DNA of 64,000 nt from Chlorokybus atmophyticus. Taxonomy: Eukaryota; Plantae; Mesostigma and Chlorokybus algae. This document shows, piece after piece, positions 26,494 to 38,000 of the stretch. The notes beneath the pieces were generated by a model. It did not search any database and was not told the DNA's origin. It worked only from the letters and a program-made list of their open reading frames with translations. The stretch spans positions 218,150 through 282,149 of the forward strand of contig RHPI01002112.1 of assembly GCA_009103225.1 (NCBI GenBank), read 5' to 3'. Positions within the stretch are counted from its first letter, which is position 1. The number at the start of each line of letters is the position of its first letter. The position numbers were made by a program, and so were the translations under genes.

Positions 26494-27669
26494 NCATCAT
26501 AATAATCATGGAGCATTACATCGAGGCACTTTTATAAAATAAGAAAATGTTTCCGCACATCTGTCGTGATTTTGTCGGAAGCAAACTTGAGGCACAACGC
26601 TCATGGATTTGACATAAGCAATGTGATGATATTTATAATTATGTGACTTGTAACGTGCATACGAATCCGTCAGTCTGCACCTATTTAACATTGTGATATA
26701 AACATGGGGGCTTTTGTTTTTATAAACGCATTCACATTTTCGTGTAATCATTTGAAGTTAACATCTTAAAATGTTAACCTAATTGCTTATAAGCAGCTCG
26801 CTCGCCTATGTATGGCTGATCACCATGAACAAGGCAAATTTTAACGATTAGCTACATACTTATACTTACAATTGATCCATTCCATTATAACACTTTCAAT
26901 TCTTTTCAATATGTGTACCATACGGAAGCAAAAGTTTTACATGAGACAATTGCAATGCATTGTACATGAGCGAGTTCAGCGTGTATTCACCGAATGCATA
27001 GCCAAACCAATCTTACTAACAGTGAGCATCAATATATACCGACTGTCATCGTTGGTTGCACTGCATCATGCAGTCTGCATGGCCCCAGCAGCCTGGGGCT
27101 GCCCAAGTTGCCCAAGTGGGGCACCACTGTGCTTCTGAATCATACGCCAGCTGGCAATGCTGATGTGGCAGTTGGCAGCCACTCGCACGGCGGGTGCTGA
27201 ATCAGCGCGCGCCCGCGGCGTTGTCCGGCCCTTTGTCTGATCATCCGCCGACCGCCCAATCGGACGGCCGTCGGCGCCCCCAGCCAGAATGGCTCTGCGC
27301 TGTAAAGCGACGGCAACCAGCGGCCAGAAACGACGAAAAAGTCCATGCATCATGCATTTATCTATTCGCTCCCGGCTCCTGACAACAAAGTTCACCATGT
27401 GTATCCCTACAATCAAGTGCTGATACCCATGGCAGTCAGGCTTTGTTAAGGGCATATTGGCCATTTGACCCATGCATTACCCCTCCTACACATCTGTGCT
27501 AAGCTGGCTCGGGCAAGTTGCAGATTGTATTGCAATTGAATGTCTCACTGCTATAATCCGCAACGAAAAGTCTTTGGTTGAAACTTGCAAAAGCGAAAAT
27601 CTGTGGACATTTGTGACTAGGGCTTGGACGGTGGCTGGCTTGGAAGGGGCGGTGGTAGCGGTGGTGGCG

Positions 27670-29840
27670 ATGGCAGGGGCGGCGGCGGCGATGGCGGTGC
27701 AGAGCGTGTCGTCGTCGGTATCAGTGCTCCAGTCTAGCGCCGCATCGGCTTGTGAGGGTGCTTCCCGGCGTGCGGCTGGCAGGTCGTCAAGGAAGGCTTC
27801 CCATGCTCGCTCCAGCTTCCTGGGCCGCAAGCAGCCTGTAGTAACTTTCGCCGCCGCCTCTGTGCCCAAGAAGGCCACCCGCAAGGCTAGGGTTGCCACG
27901 CAGAACATTGCCACTGAGCCCATTGCTCCCAACACCGACCGCGAGCTGGTAAGCTCGTGCATACGCAGGTGCAAGGAGGTTGCATTACACCTAGGTCCTT
28001 CACGCCTTGGACTAATTAGCATGTTGTCAATTTGCATTGTTGCGGTAATCTACAAAGCTTGCATTCGTTGGTGTGTGCGCAATTGCTTTGCACCTTTGCG
28101 CGCACTGGGCGTGCAGAAGAAGACTAGCTGCTGCATTGCTTTTGTCTCTGTGGCATCAGCTGACTTGCTATGCTATGATAAAGGTATCAATTGCGCGCAA
28201 TGTCTGGACTTTAATCAATGCTTGTGTGCAGCAATGCACTCGTGAGGAAGGGTTGGTACTGTACGAGGACATGTACTTGGGACGGCAGTTTGAGGAAGTC
28301 TGCGCCATGATGTACTACCGTGGCAAGATGTTCGGGTTTGTTCACTTGTACTCAGGGCAAGAGGCAGTCTCCACCGGCATCCTCAAGGTGCACATTGCTG
28401 GCTGGCAGTTAGACGTCAGCTAAACAGTGTACTGAAAGTCAACATGTTGCTGTCTCCCCACTCTGACTTCTGTTTGCTTGGTTACACACCACCTGCAGGC
28501 TATGCGAGCTGATGACTATGCCTGTTCAACATACCGAGACCACGTTCATGCACTGTCAAAAGGTGTACCTGCCAAGGAGATTATGGCTGAGCTCTTTGGC
28601 AAGGTCACTGGTTGCTGCAAGGGTATGGGCGGGTCGATGCACATTTTCTCCAAGCCACACAACTTCCTGGGAGGATTTGCGTTCATTGGCGAGGGCATTC
28701 CCGTAGCCACTGGTGCTGCAATGCAGGTGAAATACAAGCAAGCACATAGACTGCAGCCTCGTGTCAACAGAAACTGGGTAGTGGGCTAATTGCAATGGGT
28801 GCATCATATCGTTACGCACCGACAGCTGCTGCATTGTACCAGGTAAACTACAGGCGAGATGTTCTTGGCGAGAAGGGTGACCAGGTTGTGGCATGCTTCT
28901 TTGGCGATGGTACTGCCAACAACGGCGCCTTCTACGAGTGCCTGAACATGGCTGCTCTGTGGAAGCTGCCAATCATGTTTGTGGTGGAGAACAACCTGTG
29001 GGCCATTGGCATGTCACACTACAGGGCAACATCAGTGCCTGAGATCTGGAAGAAGGGCGAGCCGTTTGGCATACCTGGTGTTCATGTTGACGGCATGGAT
29101 GTCTTGAAGGTGAGCTCTGCACCGCCCAGCATTTGTACTGCTGCATGCAACACTAGTTATATGTTACAACCTTGGTATCAGCCACATGGTTTGGGCTGTC
29201 TCATGCGCAATACTGCGGTTGCCAGGTGCGCGAAGTAGCTAAGGAGGCAGTTGCGCGCGCTCGGGCTGGTGAGGGGCCCACACTGATTGAGTGTGAGACC
29301 TACCGTTTCCGAGGCCACTCACTGGCTGACCCTGATGAGTTGAGGTCCAAGGGTGAGTCAGCAAAAACTCAAGGCTTACATGGGCACGCAGTCGCATCAA
29401 GCAATGGATGTCATGGTGTTAACGGTAGCTGTGGCGCGCAGACGAGAAGGCACACTATGCCAAGCGTGACCCTATCCCCAAGCTGAAGAACTACCTCATT
29501 GAGAATGGTCTGGCGACAGAGGGCGAGCTTGCTGACATTGAGAAGAAAATTGATGATGAGCTCGAGGAAGCTGTTGAGTTTGCTGATAAGTCTGAGTACC
29601 CACCCAAGGACCAGCTATGGCAGCATGTGTTCCCTGACCCGCGAGGGTTTGGTATCGATGTCAATGGCGAATGGAAGTACAAATCTTTCAGCAAGGGCAG
29701 GCCATACGATTACAAGAGTGGCAAGGTATTTTTACCTCAATGATTGACATTGATGTCTTTCATGCGCCCATTGCAATTTGCACACTTCATGCCATGTTAC
29801 TGAACAATTATCTGGCTGTGGTCTACAGTTCCGCTTGTAA
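27670..29840 (+). CDS. PDHA: Plastid-type pyruvate dehydrogenase E1 alpha subunit with transit peptide
   Basis: Ser/Ala/Arg-rich N-terminus, then [42 protein letters not shown], the TPP motif [30 protein letters not shown] and DPRGFGI. The last exon FRL* at 29829-29840 is inferred. Confidence 0.96.
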
Positions 29841-31483
29841 GCTGGTCGTAGACGGGTTGTTGGACAGAAAGACTTTCGTGAGAGAAGGAAGGGTTGGCTA
29901 TTCTTTCAAACCTGGTGGGACAAGTCTCTGTGGACGATTGTTAAGGGGCTGACAGTGCTCACTAGACACTGGGATATATGCACAAGTGCTAATGTACAGC
30001 TAAACGCTGCACCTGTGCCCAGGGTAGCATGCTTCACTGGTAGATGAGTATTGTGAGTTGGTGTAGTGCTCTGCTGCCTGTTGTGGGTTGGCGTGGCCTT
30101 AAAAATTGCTCAATGCCGCCGGTGACCCACGTATTACACATCATTACTGGTGCACATACGCCTGTTGCTTTCGCCTGTGCACGTATGTGTGTATGTAATT
30201 TGCATGTGCTCGAGTGCATGCACTGTACATAGTTTACATGAAGATTCATAGAAGTAATCTTTTCAGGACACTTGTACATGCCAGGCACTTGTGATATGTC
30301 ATGTTGCAGACCCCGCGGTCGTTGCCGCACTGCTGGGACTAGCACAACTGGCGCTTGGCACTAACTGCTCACAGATTGTGACATCGACACGTGATGCTCT
30401 GAATCTGGACCATTCTTCAGGACGTTATCCCCGTCATAATTGTGGCTAGAACAACGTATGCATCTATGGTAATGCTTCAGTACGTGCAGACATGTGAGGC
30501 TGTGAGGGTGCTAGCCCCTCACAATCCTTGTAAAGTGGTGCACAAAGAATCTGCATCTGTCTGCACACCCAGATGCAATTGTTACAGCCGGCAACAAGTT
30601 CACAGCAAGGCATGCAACAGTTTGTTTTACTACGTTTGATGGGCTTAAAGTCACGTCAACACTTACGAGCAGTGGTAAGTTTGTTTCCGGAATGTTGCTG
30701 AGTGCGCCTTGACGCTGTAGCTTGTAGCTAGCGGCAAGCAGCAGAACGCCAGACTTGTTGACAAGTGGTGTAACAATCCGTGGTGTGCAATGCGTACACT
30801 GTGATTAATAGCTACAATGTGTGCATTTTTGTGGAGACTTATAAGTGGATTTTGCTTCAGCATGACGCGAAAACCTCGCATTGGTCGACTGAAGGCCTAC
30901 AGGCTTTACGACTCCCTTAGGAGCCGAGCAACGTGCTTACAACAGTTGTTCTATTGCATAGCAGTGTGCAGGGCACATGACACTGCTGCGTGAAGCAGTG
31001 CCCATTCTGTTGAATGAACGCGCTGCGCATTATGAGCGAAGTTGCCATTAATGCTTGCGCCTGCAAGTGCGCTACAAAGTGAGAGATTTACACAGTTGGG
31101 CATGCCAGCTAGTACCGCGCTGCGTTCTGTCAATAGCTTTGCACTTAGCTTCCAGTTCTAAATATAGAATGTAGTGCATGCGCTGGTGCTGGTGTTCGAG
31201 GGTGCCACTTTGTGGTAGGTTTGTAGGTCTTAAAGTATGGTCAGTGCTGCATATTTCAGCACAAGTGGCACAGAGACAAGCGCGCTTGTTGCCATAATGG
31301 GTTTGAGATGGGCCGTGCATAATCGAGGCACGCGCAGTGCCCGTCGTTGTTGGCTTTGTTGCTGCACAAGGGTCGCGCAAGAACAACGGTTCCATGCAGC
31401 TGCAGGTGTGCAGCATGGGTGCAAACGAGGACTGTGCATTGCATCGCGTGCCCGGTGGGGTCCAAGCCTTGACAGCAGAGGTG

Positions 31484-31830
31484 ATGTTTGAAGAGTTTGA
31501 GGCTCTGGCGACAGCTAGGGGCCACCGAGTGCAGACTTGGAGCCTCGTCGAGCACGCCATTGCGCCACAGCTGCTTCTGAGGCTCGTAGACTTAGTCTCC
31601 AGCAGAAACGCTGAGTTGCACACAACGTTGCTGATTGACTTGGAGGCTAACCAGTTAGGCAGCGCAAGCATGGAGGATTTTTGGGATGTGCTGGCCCTTT
31701 ACAGGCAACGGAGGTTGCGCTTTAAACCTCCGCTTGGGTGTGGAGGTCTTCATCCCACATCTCAAGCCCATGCCAACACCAACACGCATATCGATGTGGC
31801 AATTGTGGCAGGACAGCACACTAGTTCTCT
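31484..31830 (+). pseudogene. Protein-like ORF remnant of unknown family, upstream of the inverted repeat
   Basis: Helical-looking sequence MFEEFEALATARGHRVQTWSLVEHAIAPQLLLRLVDLV...SMEDFWDVLALYRQRRLRFKPP within ORF 31337-31894. No motif identified. Confidence 0.3.
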
Positions 31831-31852
31831 TTTCGGCAACGACAAGCTAACG

Positions 31853-32117
31853 CAGCTGCTCGGCTGGGTTCTTCTTCACCTCCAGCTTGGTTAGTCTCTG
31901 CTCCGCAACGTGAAGCAATGTTTCTGACATGGTTTGTCTCTTTTCGGCAACAACAAAATGCTTGTCAACCGATGGCAGCCCCAGTGGCTGCCCTCGATCG
32001 TATCGACAAGCACCTTGTTGCTGCCGAAAAGAGACAAACCATGTCAGAAACATTGCTTCACGTTGCGAGCAGAGACTAGCCAAGCTGGAGGTGAAGAAGG
32101 ACCCAGTCGAGCAGCTG
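31853..32117. repeat. Long inverted repeat (arms of 114 and 113 bp, 38-nt spacer)
   Basis: Arms at 31853-31966 and 32005-32117 differ by 6 transitions and 1 indel, with a 46-bp perfect core. Confidence 0.95.
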
Positions 32118-32431
32118 AAGTGCTATCACGACACCGATGACTTCTTGGTAGAACAATGTGTGGCTGCAGCTGTGGCTGACGCGCTTGAGCATGCACAAGT
32201 CGTTGTGAGTGCGCACCACAAGTGTTGCACACAGGAGAATCTGATGGACTTGTCTATAGTATGTACAACGAAGAAAGAGTGATTGTGTTCATTGAATCTA
32301 AACAACATGGATACAGCTTGGGGACATGCGAGCTTCAACTCTCACAGCTACTGGCAGAACCTTTGCACCAAATAATCATCAAAGCATGGAGGAGCTGGAG
32401 GCTTAACACGCTTCAGCCTGGAGCAAATTGA
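31972..32431 (+). pseudogene. Frameshifted coiled-coil + PD-(D/E)XK (restriction-endonuclease-fold) gene, Crinkler-REase-like
   Basis: Repairing two single-base losses gives MAAPVAALDRIDKHLVAAEKRQTMSETLLHVAEQRLAKLEVKKDPVEQLK...DDFLVEQCVAAAVADAL...LHTGESDGLVYSMYNEERVIVFIESKQH, which has E-x-D-G...hhhhE-x-K spacing. Confidence 0.5.
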
Positions 32432-32460
32432 CGCAGAGAAATTGGTAAAATTATCGCACA

Positions 32461-33070
32461 CCACCGGGCTGATCAACTACTTCACCAAACTTACTGCCCA
32501 CACTATTGCTAGCACCCCTTAGTCATGCAAGCATGCATATGAACGCGCATTCACCTCCACAACGGCCGTTGTTGTGTACAGGATATGCGCGAGACAATTG
32601 GCGACATGCATGACGTCACAACAGCATAGCATACCAACCAGCATGCAAACACAGTCACATACACCACCACCGGGCTATATTGACTGCCTGTTTACCTACC
32701 ACACTACCCTACTCTAGACCTCCCCGTTAGGCATGCATACATGCGTATTGTTGGTTGATTACCTGTGCAACACACGAGCAGCAGCGTCAACCACGGTAGT
32801 CCAGGTGCAGCGTAACAGCAGCAGGCAGCATGCAGCACACTCCCTCTCCCTCCCTCTCTCCCCCTCTCCCACAGTCTCCCTCCCTCTCTCCCTCTCCGTC
32901 TGTCCTTCCCCTGCTTCCCTACTTCTTCGTCCCCCGCTCCGCCTGTTCTCTCTCCTCCGCCTCCCCCTCCTCCTCTTGCTGTCATTGTGCCGTCACTTCA
33001 ACTGCAAACCCTTGTCGCCGCTGATCTGGCAAGGCCCCTCTGCCCAGCCCCTCTGCCCAGCCTCTCGTTC
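32461..33070 (+). repeat. Two-box repeat copies plus a CT-rich leader, paralogous to 37663-38000
   Basis: Boxes at 32461-32535 and 32667-32740. Downstream CACACGAGCAGCAGCGTCA and GGCCCCTCTGCCC are shared with the 37.7-38.0 kb block. Confidence 0.7.
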
Positions 33071-33364
33071 TGCAGGCTGGCATGCAGTGTTGCACTGTGG
33101 CACGAGGGCACTGCACTGTGTAGCGCTGGCGGTTGGGTGGTGCTGGTGGGGTTGGGTGGTGGGGTTGGACGGCTGTGTTCTTAGCACGGGCAGGCTGCGT
33201 TACCAAGCAGCCTGCTCCCCGCGCACGTTGTCTGGTCCCGCTGACGTGGTGTCTGCGATGGTCGCCTTTGCGCGCCGGTGTTTCTGCAAAGCAAGGTACA
33301 GGTGTGTATGCGTGAACAAGCGCATGCGTGCACGTGTCTCTGCATCAATGATGTAATTTTTTTA

Positions 33365-33700
33365 TGCCGTGATGACATGTTGCAGTGTGGCAACATCAAT
33401 AATATATTGGTTGCAGGGAAAATGGCAACAGCGTGTTGGGCATCAGGCAGGATGCGCTGCAGCACGGTGCCCTAAATGCGCACATGGAAGACAGCGGCAG
33501 TTGGCATGTCTCTCAGTACGCACGGCAGCAGCGGGAGCAGAAGTTGCTAGAAGCAGCGACGACGACGTGTGTCATCTTGTTGCACTGCCAGCAAAATGAA
33601 TCAACTTCTCAGGCGCAAAATTTCACCTCGAGCTCATACGACATGCGCAGCAAGGTGGGCTTGTCAAAGAAGGCAGGTAATCTCTACCGGTCATGCTTCA
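33365..33700 (+). pseudogene. Diverged, inverted copy of an ABA3/MOCOS exon (40995-41267) with flanking intron
   Basis: Reads RENGNSVLGIRQDALQHG...EDSGSWHVSQY...NFSGAKF...HAQQGGLVKEG. It carries a frameshift and a stop, but the AG acceptor (33416) and GT donor (33677) are retained. Confidence 0.9.
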
Positions 33701-34007
33701 CACACAGGCAAGTAAACAGTACTTGACAGGCAAGCACTAGCTCAACCACAAGCCTGCAGGCTCAAGTGCGCTAAGAGTGAGACGATCGAAATGTAAAGTT
33801 TTCTGCGTACTTATGTGGACAAACTTGCGGCCTGCGGTGCATGTAAACGCGGGGTTGCTTTGAGGAACGATAGCAGTGTGAAGCGCGTTTCCTCAATCAA
33901 CCTAGCCAACAAGCTGCAGTAGTCGTCTGACTGTGCAGGTTCTGGAGAAACACGTCAGTATTGAAGTTGTTCATCTGCATCTGCACTCAATACTGAGACA
34001 CCTCATG

Positions 34008-34236
34008 CAACTCCAGCTGCAAACCCCCGACCAAGAAACGCAAAGTGAGAGTCAAGCCAAAGACAGCGGAATGGCTGACCCATGAAGATGTGCGCATTCG
34101 CCAAGCAGAGATAGAAGAAGACAGGAGACGAAAAGCAGCAGCGATTCAGCAAAGAAAGGCGTCAAGGATAGCAGAGAAGAGGCGCAAGCAAGCAGAGGCA
34201 ACACAACGGGCTGAACAGGCAGCAACAAAGAAGTAG
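34008..34236 (+). pseudogene. Basic/coiled-coil tail resembling the C-terminus of pogo/Fot1-type DDE transposases
   Basis: KPPTKKRKVRVKPKTAEWLTHEDVRIRQAEIEEDRRRKAAA...*. No catalytic domain is present; the resemblance is by eye only. Confidence 0.3.
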
Positions 34237-34342
34237 GATGGTATGGATATTAGAGGTTGTTCAGTACGAGCTTAAGCTATCACTGAAGCAAGCACCCACA
34301 GGGTTCGTGAGGCACTACACTTGAGGCTATGTCTTCTTCTCA

Positions 34343-34560
34343 CCGAAGAACGTTGGAGGTCAGCTCGTCGTGCACGGCATGCAGCTCCGTGGTGCTGTAG
34401 CTTGACGCTCCAGTACGGTCCAGTGAGTGTAAACAAGTCACTGCGCGCTTTGTTATCAAAACTCGCATCTATCAACTACGAGTTCCAATGTATACAACTC
34501 TGGCTTTACTCAGCCCAAGTTGTACGCATTGGCTTGTGCAACTCTGGCTGCAGTCAAGCC
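34343..34560 (-). pseudogene. Diverged copy of part of ABA3/MOCOS exon 2 (about 41651-41735) and remnants of the adjacent intron
   Basis: LDRTGASSYSTTELHAVHDELTSNVL versus parental LDHAGATLYSATQLHAVHDELASNVL. Confidence 0.8.
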
Positions 34561-34779
34561 AGAGTTGTACAAGCCATAGCACGAAACCAATAAACACTGA
34601 CTACCTTACCAATCTGCATGCATGCGATATACGTGCAGCAAACTACTTCAGCCGTTGCAATGCCATGAACATTGAAGGGACTTTGCTATTGGTGCACTAC
34701 AGCAAGCCAAACATCTGCAGTACATAACGTGTTACCAACACACTGTACTACTTCCACACAGGAAGTAGTAAGACACAGC

Positions 34780-36830
34780 CTAATGGTCCACTTTGTAAAC
34801 ATCAAGGTTGCACACGATGTCAAAGAACCTTGCTAGTGACATGGACAGTTGTGCCTTGCATGCAACCAAGTTGTGGTTACCTCTCAGCGACATTAGACTT
34901 CCCCAGTTCCCTCGCAATCCAATCATTCCTTCGCAGGAGCTGTTGAAAACACAAAGTGCCGCAGCAATCCATGGGCGCAGAGGCGTGTTGCGCACTGCCA
35001 CGCCACAGTTCCGCTCATCGTTGTCACTGAATTCCATAGCCACTGAACCACCGTTGTCACAGTAGTCCGCTGCGTCCTGCCAGTACAGCCAGCGAGCTGC
35101 ATGAACCAACTCCAAGCTGGGGTCTTTCAACGCCTGTGGGGGCAGAAGTCCAGTGAATGGAGTGTAGGTGCCGCCGGTGAAGCATGCTAGGCTTTTGAGG
35201 TGGGTGCAATCTTCGATGCACTGTAGGCCCAAGTCGTCTGCATCGCTATATATTTGTATATATTCGTCATGGTCCGGAAGTGCGGGCGCACAATGCACGT
35301 TCCAAATGTGTTCCATGGCAGGCCACTCATCTCTGTTGTCAACAGTATGCAACACCAAAGTCAACTCATCAGTGGTTGGCAACGAGTGCAGAACGCAGGT
35401 AGCGATTGTCCTCTGCGTCTTCGTCTAGTTGTGAAGACAGCACCAATGTCAGTGATTTAAGAACTCGGGCCGTTGTTGGGATGCTGATTTGAACCTCGCC
35501 TGGGCATATTGGCAATCCCACCGTCAAGTTAGTCACCTTGGGTGAACTGTCCACGACCTTCTCAATGCATTCAAGGGGGCTGTCCCCAGAAAGCAGCAGT
35601 GTGCAGGTGCGTAGTTTCTCCATCTTGGGAGCTTCGCCCCAACGCTCAAAGGCCCTCGAAGCACGAGACTGGTAAGCGTGCACAGCTGCCAATCGTTGAA
35701 AGATACTGTGACCACTGACTTCCTCTTCCTTGCTTCCACAACCAGTTGCTGGAGGGAGCGTGGCACATAAACTGATACTGTGCACTGCTGGTCATCTTGT
35801 AACCTGGTCGGCGGCTTCAGCTGCAGGGTGAAAGCCTCCAGTGCTGTGGTACAATACAGGGGCAGCAGGCCTTTTCGCCAATTAGCAGTACCACTGATAA
35901 CTTGAGCTGACGCATACCGAAAACATTAAACTCATTGAACTCACTGCCCGATAGACCTGTCCACGAACACGACCACCATCATGCAACGACAAGAGTGGGT
36001 GCAAACAAGTTGAAGTTGCATCTGGTAAGCAAGACACCTGCTGACCTTCTTGCCCAAGGGGTGTTCAATCACAATGCGCTGAACGACTGGTATCAGGTTG
36101 GCTTTGGCTTGGCAAAACTGCTCCAGGGCTTGCACGTCAGACAGGCGAAGATACTTCCAGAACCGCATGTATTTGGCAATGATGTCATGCATGCCCTTGG
36201 ACACACAGCACAGCTGCATGGCATGGCATGGCCCTGCAGTCATTGTCAGAGCTAAGATGTGCTACCACTGCCTGCTGCCTGCTGAAATCACTTGCATGCT
36301 TGGCTTACTCACTGCTCAGCACTTTCTGCATTCCCAATCGCAGCATAAAGCACCAACTGCTTGACAGGTTCCAGAACAAAGCTACTGACGGCAACATATG
36401 CGGCACGCTCGCCAATGCTGCTTGGGAATTTGCAAGGGTCAACACGCGAGTTCCAGGCAGAGCTTATATGAAGAGGCATTGCGTCAAGCACATGCTTGCA
36501 GGTGCATACCTGTGTTCCGATGTTTTGTCGCTGGGAATCGCTTGCCGGTTATGAGAGGGGCGCAAATGACGCTGCATGTTGCCGAAGTTCACGCCAAACG
36601 CCCTTGCTGGCAGTCTGCCGCACATGGGCAACAAGCCACTCCTGGCATGCTTGAGGATTCGTCCTGAGGCATAGCACTAGTGCAGCTGCGGTACCTGCCT
36701 TGCCCGTAGCTTTCCTAGCAGCCCACCGGAACGCCTGACAACTTTGCTTGATGGGTTTTGCGGGCCCCTCTTGCGTCGACACAGATGCCGCGTGGAGACC
36801 TCCGCCACAGCCTTCGCACTGAGTCACCGC
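34780..36830 (-). pseudogene. Decayed F-box-like gene with a long, unidentified C-terminal region
   Basis: Broken F-box-like start (VLDAMPLH...WRACRICCRQ*), then protein-like ORFs 35941-36243, 35369-35785 and 34780-35382, with a frameshift near 35380-35410. Confidence 0.45.
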
Positions 36831-37098
36831 TAACAGCGGTCTGAAACCAGCTCAACCGAAATGCTTTGCAGTTGTCGCACCAATGTTGGTGTCTTCACTT
36901 GTTTCAGCACTGGCGTAGGGTAGTGCCCGTGCATGTTATGTAACAGATGTTGAGAGGTGTGAACTGTGGCAAACACAGTGTACATGCAATGCGGTTTGCA
37001 ATGTCTCACACATGAAACATGCATAACACATGAAACATGCTTAACACATGCAACAAGCATGATTAGTACACAGCATGCAGCCATCACTAGCACGTTTA

Positions 37099-38000
37099 CC
37101 ACCTAGCTCATCTACTCTACCTAAGCTACTACCAACACCACCACCTCGTTGGACATGCAAGCAATTATCATCACCTACCCACACAAGCCGCTGATGGACA
37201 TACAAGTTGCCCCCTCTTATTGTAGTTGAGTGCTTCGCTATGTGGTCTTGAGTGCGGTGCATGTGTGCGTGCATCTGTTCTATTGGAATGCCTATACAAT
37301 GTGGCGTGCAATGGCGCATGCAGTTGACATGCAAGAGTGTGATTAGCACAGAGCTGAGCTGGTGGCGGGAAGGGGAGTCGTTATCCTTGCTGCTATAGCT
37401 GCCGTTGTCAACGCCAACTAACAGAGCCCGTGTGGGCAGGTAATGCACTACTATTACGCATGTATGCATGCCTAACGGGGAGGTCTAGACTAGTGTAGTG
37501 TAGTGAGGTTGGATTAAACAGTGTGTATAGCCCGGTGGTTGTGTTACAATGTGCTTGCATGCTGTTTGGCATGCTGTGAGTGATGTCATGCATGTCTACA
37601 ACGACTACTGGCAGCATATCCTGTACACAGCATGTAAGCCAACATCATCATCAGCGTGTTTACCACCGGGCTCCTCCTACTCTACCTCCACTACCACTAA
37701 CACCGTGTTGGTGCCTAACATCCCGTTAGACATGCAAAGCATGCAATGCTCATTGCATGCACCACACACGAGCAGCAGCGTCAGCAAATGCAATCACGGG
37801 CTGTAGCGGAGCAGAAGCAGCAGCATGCAGCGTGTGAATGTGTCCCTCCTCCTCACACCCCTCTGCCTCCCTCTCCAGGCCCAGACCCTCTCTCTCATGC
37901 TCTTCCTCCTCCTCCTCCTCCTCTTACTCCACCGTTGCAGATGTTGTTACCCTTGCCGCTGTTCGTTCGTTCGTCTGGTAGGGCCCCTCTGCCCCGCCCC
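37099..38000. repeat. Three copies of the two-box repeat (forward, reverse, forward) plus leader
   Basis: Copies at 37099-37160, 37466-37538 (reverse; close to the 32667-32740 copy) and 37663-37735. Confidence 0.7.

Noticed and set aside
24651-27088. TGCATGGCCCCA 12-bp direct repeat bracketing the AT-rich island
   Set aside because: Many 12-bp matches are expected by chance among all position pairs in 64 kb.
32270-32290. TGA after ...TTKKE as possible selenocysteine or readthrough
   Set aside because: The continuation is in another frame; an upstream 1-bp deletion explains it.
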